From positions 73,848 to 137,847 of the IMG/VR virus record IMGVR_UViG_3300028920_000038: 64,000 nucleotides of DNA; one strand, 5' to 3'. Of the stretch, positions 59,369 through 64,000 are shown in pieces. The translations under genes were made by a program, and so were the position numbers. Positions within the stretch are counted from its first letter, which is position 1; the number at the start of each line of letters is the position of its first letter. The DNA is from a virus. The notes below the pieces were generated by a model. It searched no databases. It saw only the letters and a program-made list of their open reading frames with translations, and had not been told where the DNA came from.

Positions 59369-62300
59369 TTAAATTATAAACCATTGCCCAGATTTATGAG
59401 CAACAATTGTCATACTATCTAAATCCTCTATTTCAATATAATTCTCATAATCTATTGGTTCATATCCACTACCGGATACAGTAATAACTGAACCTCCAGA
59501 TCCTACATTTTTAATTACATATTCCTTTCCATGTATCGAAGTTGGGTCTGGTAGAGTAATATTAAATGTTCCTCCACTGCATATAATTATATCATCTAAT
59601 GATGTAGCTGTATAATCTGATGTTTTAGTTTCAATATGTCTTGTTAATCCTCTAATAGTGGTAGCTCCATCAACTTCAAGAGATCCTCCTAAATATGTAG
59701 ATCCTCCATCTACATATATTGCATAATTATTATACGTACTAACACCAGTGATAGTGTCTGTAGAATCAAACCCTTCAATTCTTAATCCATATATATTAAG
59801 GGAATTCCATGATCCTCCTCCAATATTGAAAACGTTAAGTGAACCTCTATCTACTCTTAATCCATATAGAGTATGATCTATTCCTGTATCTGTAGTGGGT
59901 AACCAAGAATTGGTTCCTAAGTTTATATCCACTCCTTTAATTATGTAACTACCTGAGATATAAGAATCTCCATGGTCTATTTCAAAGAGAGTTCCGGTAT
60001 CATTATGGTTTCCTTTACCTAGAGTATTTCCCATATTAACTTTTTGGTAATTAACTATATTAGTTCCGCCAGTTATACAGGAATGATATATCTGATCGTA
60101 GTTAACGTAATCTATAGCTCCTGATAGATTATATAATGTGTATTTCTTAATAATTCCTACAGATGCATTGGTATCTTTTCCTGATATGTCCATTGCAGGA
60201 CTTCCGATGCTTCCTTGGAACTTACCTAAAGATTGGACAAATCTGCCATAGAGTTCTACATTACCAGAAAATATTGCTCCACTCATTACCATTTCATATG
60301 GGTAAATATCTATATCTGAATCTGCATTAGATCCATCTAATAGAAGATAAGCTCCTGATATACTAGAACCTAGACTAGATGGATAATATAGATTCTTGGA
60401 ATTGCTAGAAAATGAGACTAAAGTAGAAACAGTTCCAGATGTTCCAGCACCTATTGAACTCCCATAATAAAGATTAATTGCATTAGACGAAAAGTTAGTA
60501 TTAGATAGTGTATTAGAAGATACATTATCAATGTAGTTTCGATTAACCTGTGAAGAAGCAGTGTATAGATTTTTAGAATTACTCGAGAATGCTACAATAC
60601 TTGCAACTGTTCCAGAAACACCTGCTCCAATGGAAGAAGGATAATATTCTCCATTAAGCCAATCTATTAGATTACTTGAAGGGAAATGAATATCAGCATT
60701 AGAAGAATGTCCTATATATCCTACAGCTCCTGACCAAGCAGAAGAAGTTCCACTCTGTTGATATTCTCCATCTAACCAACCTAATAAATTACTAGATGCT
60801 AAGTAATTTGATTCTATCCAATGCTTATTAACTGCAGATGATGGATATAATGGATCCACTAATCCTGATATAGAATTACCTTTGAAATAGGCAACTCCAC
60901 TTAAATATGTATCTCCTGAAACCTGGAAATTATAATCACCAAGATCGAAATCTGAATGTCCAATTCTTACTTCACTATTACGATATATGTCATCTCCATC
61001 TAAGGACCATATTCCAGATGGAGCATAAATATTTTTAGCATTCGATGAGAAATTAGTATTAGCTAAAGTATTTGATGATACATTATCTAAATAGGTTTTA
61101 TTTACTAAACTACTAGCTGGATATAAATTATCATGAATATGTAATGCAGATGCGTCACTACCATCTGTTAAAGTATTGAAATTTGTGTCATCTGTAGCAG
61201 TTAGATGATAATATTCATCAGCAGTTCCACCTTGTAATCCACCTAAATCATTATGCTGGTCAACTGAACCTGCTGTAAATTTAGTTACCCAAGGAACCGC
61301 AAATTCAGCATTATCCATAGTTGTTTCACCCTGTTGGATAATTAATCTTGCAATCAAAGCACAATTGGTTTCAACTAAATCTGGAACTGTTGCTGGTACA
61401 GATGAATCTTCAGCTCCCGCTAAAGAGTATTGATCTTGACCATAAAGGATATTTAAATCTCCATCTGCTTCAAGATATAACCAGTGAACTCCATATTTAT
61501 TAGATACTAAATCATTTAGAGTTCCAGTTCCATCATCATAATAATTTGGGTCAACATCTGTTTGACCACTCTTTGCAATCCATCCCCCAGCACCATCTCT
61601 ATACCAGTATGTAAATGTTTCATCATGAATATGTCCATCTACAGTAGCATCTGGAATTGCTTGCCATACACCAATTCTAGTATATCCAGAACTACTTGGT
61701 TCTGTAGCAGAACTTACTTGATAGATACCATCATTACCAGTAGAATCTTCCACTTCAATAAAATATCCAACAACTAGATGAGGATCTTTAGAACCAGTGA
61801 TTGCAAACCATCCTTCAGATTGATTTACTGCAGTTATATCATGATAATGTCCTGTATCAATTTCTGGTACAACAAACTTATTCATTGCTTGCCAAAATGC
61901 TCCAGCAGTTACGGATAAGCATAATGGATGACCAGACGTTGCAGAAGATGCAGCCACTAATCCAGTACTTCTCTCTAATCCATAGACTTCTCTAAATCTT
62001 TGTTGTGCCTGCTTACCAAGAGCTGGAAATCTATATCCACCTTGGAATATATGAAGTTGAGGTATTGTACCAGTAGTAGTGTCATTATATACTTGACCTA
62101 TTGGAATTTGAGAATTCTTATTAAGGGATGCACTTTGTTGATGTCCATATTTTGGGGAACCACTATTATAATCTGCATAGATATAGTTGGTGCCAGCTTC
62201 TAAATATATATTTGAAGATGCTTCTATTTCAGCAAGCCAACCCTCATCAATATCATTAGGTCCTTCCTTTAGATATACAATAGATCTCCCTATATTAATT

Positions 62301-63574
62301 GCACCTGTACATGCAACAGTTCTTGTAATCGCACCTCCAGATAATAAAGTGGCAGCATCCATCAATGAATTATAGAGACAGAGATTATCATAAATAGTAT
62401 CCCCAATGGAATCCATTTTGACATCATGTGCACCAACTCCTGAAATTGCTTGTGTAGATATATAAGGGAAATCTCCTACTCCAGATGGATGATAGAGATT
62501 TCTTGAATTTGAAGAGAATAAAACTAAATCTGAAACTAAACTAGATACTGGCCAATAACCAGAAGCACCACTCCATGAACTCGGTTCTTGAGATTCAAGA
62601 GAGTCTAAACGAGTATCTATAGAACCTGATAAGTTGTCTATCCAAGTTGTATTATAAATGTTACTAGAGTGTACATATTGAGTGTGGTCAAACTCATCGT
62701 TATCTTCTAGGTCATCTAAACGAGAATCTAGATTACCAGATAATGAATCTATCCATGTTTGTGTATAGAAATTATTATCTATCTCTGTTTCTGTATAGTA
62801 CAAATCATCATGGGAGTGAGAAGATGCTCCATATAGATTTATGGCATTACTTGAAAAACCATAGAAAGAAGATGCACCAGACCAAGATGACCCAGATAAA
62901 TCATGAGTGTGATTAGCTAAAGCAAACACACCGGTAGATGTAGATATATACGCTTGACTGTACTTTTGACCTGATATTACTAGACCAGACGGGTGATAAT
63001 CATCATCAAGAGAATCTTTTGTGAAATGAATAGTTGAATCATTTTTGTGAGATTGATAATTAGAACTACCAGCATAATCATCATCTATAGATGATTTAGT
63101 AAAATGTATTGTGGAATCATTCCAGTGAGTATTATAAGAACCACTCATCGCTACATATCCTGTAGCACCTGACCATGCCTCATCCGATGCAGTTCCACTC
63201 TCTTGATATAGAGCGTTCAACCAACCTAATAATTGTGACGATGGAAAGTGTAAATCAGCATTAGACGAGTGACCTATGTAGTTACTAGATATTGTATAGA
63301 ACCCAGATGCACCGCTCCAAGCAACATCGCTACCACCAACAACTTCAGCCCAAGTCAATTCATCAGATGCATCCTTATATTGAAGATAATATCCATTAGT
63401 CGGAGAATTAGATATATCCAAGTATGCTTCAGATATACTATCTAGTTTTATGCAGGATGATGGTAAATAAGAACCTGTAGCACCACCACTTGTACCAATT
63501 ATTTGATTGGCACTAACCATACCAATAAATCCACCACCTTTAGGTACTATCGCTGCAGTTAATACAATTGGCAT
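59369..63574 (-). CDS. 1401-aa fibre protein with shared Ser-rich modules
   Basis: WSGASG, HSSNADIHFPSS, WIDSLSGNLDSRL modules; C-terminal TKTSDYTAT.LDDIIIC..GTFNITLP...GKEYVIKN fibre-tip motif. Confidence 0.75.
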   Translation of the reverse strand: MPIVLTAAIVPKGGGFIGMVSANQIIGTSGGATGSYLPSSCIKLDSISEAYLDISNSPTNGYYLQYKDASDELTWAEVVGGSDVAWSGASGFYTISSNYIGHSSNADLHFPSSQLLGWLNALYQESGTASDEAWSGATGYVAMSGSYNTHWNDSTIHFTKSSIDDDYAGSSNYQSHKNDSTIHFTKDSLDDDYHPSGLVISGQKYSQAYISTSTGVFALANHTHDLSGSSWSGASSFYGFSSNAINLYGASSHSHDDLYYTETEIDNNFYTQTWIDSLSGNLDSRLDDLEDNDEFDHTQYVHSSNIYNTTWIDNLSGSIDTRLDSLESQEPSSWSGASGYWPVSSLVSDLVLFSSNSRNLYHPSGVGDFPYISTQAISGVGAHDVKMDSIGDTIYDNLCLYNSLMDAATLLSGGAITRTVACTGAINIGRSIVYLKEGPNDIDEGWLAEIEASSNIYLEAGTNYIYADYNSGSPKYGHQQSASLNKNSQIPIGQVYNDTTTGTIPQLHIFQGGYRFPALGKQAQQRFREVYGLERSTGLVAASSATSGHPLCLSVTAGAFWQAMNKFVVPEIDTGHYHDITAVNQSEGWFAITGSKDPHLVVGYFIEVEDSTGNDGIYQVSSATEPSSSGYTRIGVWQAIPDATVDGHIHDETFTYWYRDGAGGWIAKSGQTDVDPNYYDDGTGTLNDLVSNKYGVHWLYLEADGDLNILYGQDQYSLAGAEDSSVPATVPDLVETNCALIARLIIQQGETTMDNAEFAVPWVTKFTAGSVDQHNDLGGLQGGTADEYYHLTATDDTNFNTLTDGSDASALHIHDNLYPASSLVNKTYLDNVSSNTLANTNFSSNAKNIYAPSGIWSLDGDDIYRNSEVRIGHSDFDLGDYNFQVSGDTYLSGVAYFKGNSISGLVDPLYPSSAVNKHWIESNYLASSNLLGWLDGEYQQSGTSSAWSGAVGYIGHSSNADIHFPSSNLIDWLNGEYYPSSIGAGVSGTVASIVAFSSNSKNLYTASSQVNRNYIDNVSSNTLSNTNFSSNAINLYYGSSIGAGTSGTVSTLVSFSSNSKNLYYPSSLGSSISGAYLLLDGSNADSDIDIYPYEMVMSGAIFSGNVELYGRFVQSLGKFQGSIGSPAMDISGKDTNASVGIIKKYTLYNLSGAIDYVNYDQIYHSCITGGTNIVNYQKVNMGNTLGKGNHNDTGTLFEIDHGDSYISGSYIIKGVDINLGTNSWLPTTDTGIDHTLYGLRVDRGSLNVFNIGGGSWNSLNIYGLRIEGFDSTDTITGVSTYNNYAIYVDGGSTYLGGSLEVDGATTIRGLTRHIETKTSDYTATSLDDIIICSGGTFNITLPDPTSIHGKEYVIKNVGSGGSVITVSGSGYEPIDYENYIEIEDLDSMTIVAHKSGQWFII

Positions 63575-63575
63575 T

Positions 63576-63998
63576 TTAACTCGTCCTTATTGTTATAGCA
63601 CCAAGTCCAGGGTTCTCTGAACGGTATACATAGAAATCTTCAGTCCAACCTTTAGCGTTTGTCACACTAACTGTTTCTGCATCTTCAAATGCAGCCTCAA
63701 AACCTGTACCATTATCATAGAATGTATAATCAGTTCCCTTTTCCCCCCATCTTTTAGGGAAACAGAATAACAAATACTCACCAGCATCAGCAGTAACTTC
63801 ATTCCAAGTTTGTGTTGAATCGTCAGTTATTGGGGAATTAGCAAGTCCTTCAACATCATCTTCATCATAACCACTAGTAGTTGTTGTCACTCCATAATAA
63901 ATCTCATTAATAGTAGAATATCTAGTATCAAATGTAGCACTACCTAAATTAGCATCTTCAGATGCATATACCTTATAATTCTCTGTGTACCCAGCAGA
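63576..63998 (-). CDS. Partial (5'-truncated) virion protein with duplicated TN..G.TE.Y.VY.S domain
   Basis: The frame is open to the window edge (SAGYTENYKVYASEDANLGSAT...YYGVTT), so the track start at 63890 is internal. Confidence 0.65.
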   Translation of the reverse strand, partial: SAGYTENYKVYASEDANLGSATFDTRYSTINEIYYGVTTTTSGYDEDDVEGLANSPITDDSTQTWNEVTADAGEYLLFCFPKRWGEKGTDYTFYDNGTGFEAAFEDAETVSVTNAKGWTEDFYVYRSENPGLGAITIRTS

Positions 63999-64000
63999 AT

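Larger units (their letters stand above)
1..64000. mobile_element. Tailed dsDNA virus (Caudoviricetes) genome fragment, probably archaeal, siphovirus-like
   Basis: Contiguous head-neck-tail gene set (HK97 protease, MCP, adaptor, closure, terminator, tail tubes, chaperone, tape measure); no cellular housekeeping genes; no attachment site or integrase seen. Confidence 0.92.

Noticed and set aside
10463-63998. Diversity-generating retroelement behind the repeated fibre modules
   Set aside because: No reverse transcriptase and no TR/VR pair with adenine-specific mismatches. The repeats differ mostly at synonymous positions of all bases
1-64000. Alternative genetic code or stop-codon reassignment
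   Set aside because: Long ORFs tile the window under code 11, and TAA, TAG and TGA all end coupled genes

Overview
AT-rich 64-kb fragment of a large tailed dsDNA virus (Caudoviricetes, HK97-type capsid, long tape measure, no sheath seen, so siphovirus-like). The host is probably an archaeon; this is an inference from GGTGA(T) ribosome-binding sites, TTG/GTG starts, U-rich intergenic tracts and split ComD/E-like decarboxylase subunits. Two convergent blocks meet at about 10.35-10.46 kb. (1) Plus strand, <1-10347: a tightly coupled glycan operon with glycosyltransferases, FkbM methyltransferase, NDP-glucose 4,6-dehydratase, NDP-hexose C-methyltransferase, Ugd-like and GalU-like enzymes and an AlkP-superfamily enzyme. 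It also holds a phosphonate cassette: cytidylyltransferase-PepM fusion, phosphonopyruvate decarboxylase alpha/beta and an Fe-ADH-type reductase, predicting 2-hydroxyethylphosphonate. (2) Minus strand, 10463->64000: virion morphogenesis genes. These include an NTase-protease-scaffold fusion, decoration protein, major capsid protein, adaptor, HNH, head closure, neck, terminator, two paralogous tail tube proteins, a tail chaperone, a 2082-aa tape measure protein and a hub. The chaperone has an unannotated +1-frame extension at TCC_TTT_CGT_TGA. About 30 fibre/appendage-like genes lie in three blocks, share peptide modules and are strongly enriched in S-S/S-G dipeptides. Leading hypothesis: the virus makes its own phosphonylated, methyl-branched glycan and attaches it to Ser-rich sites on a heavily decorated virion. 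Portal, terminase, integrase and replication genes are not in the window. No CRISPR array, rRNA, tRNA or reverse transcriptase was recognised. All assignments come from motif recognition by eye; no database searches were run.
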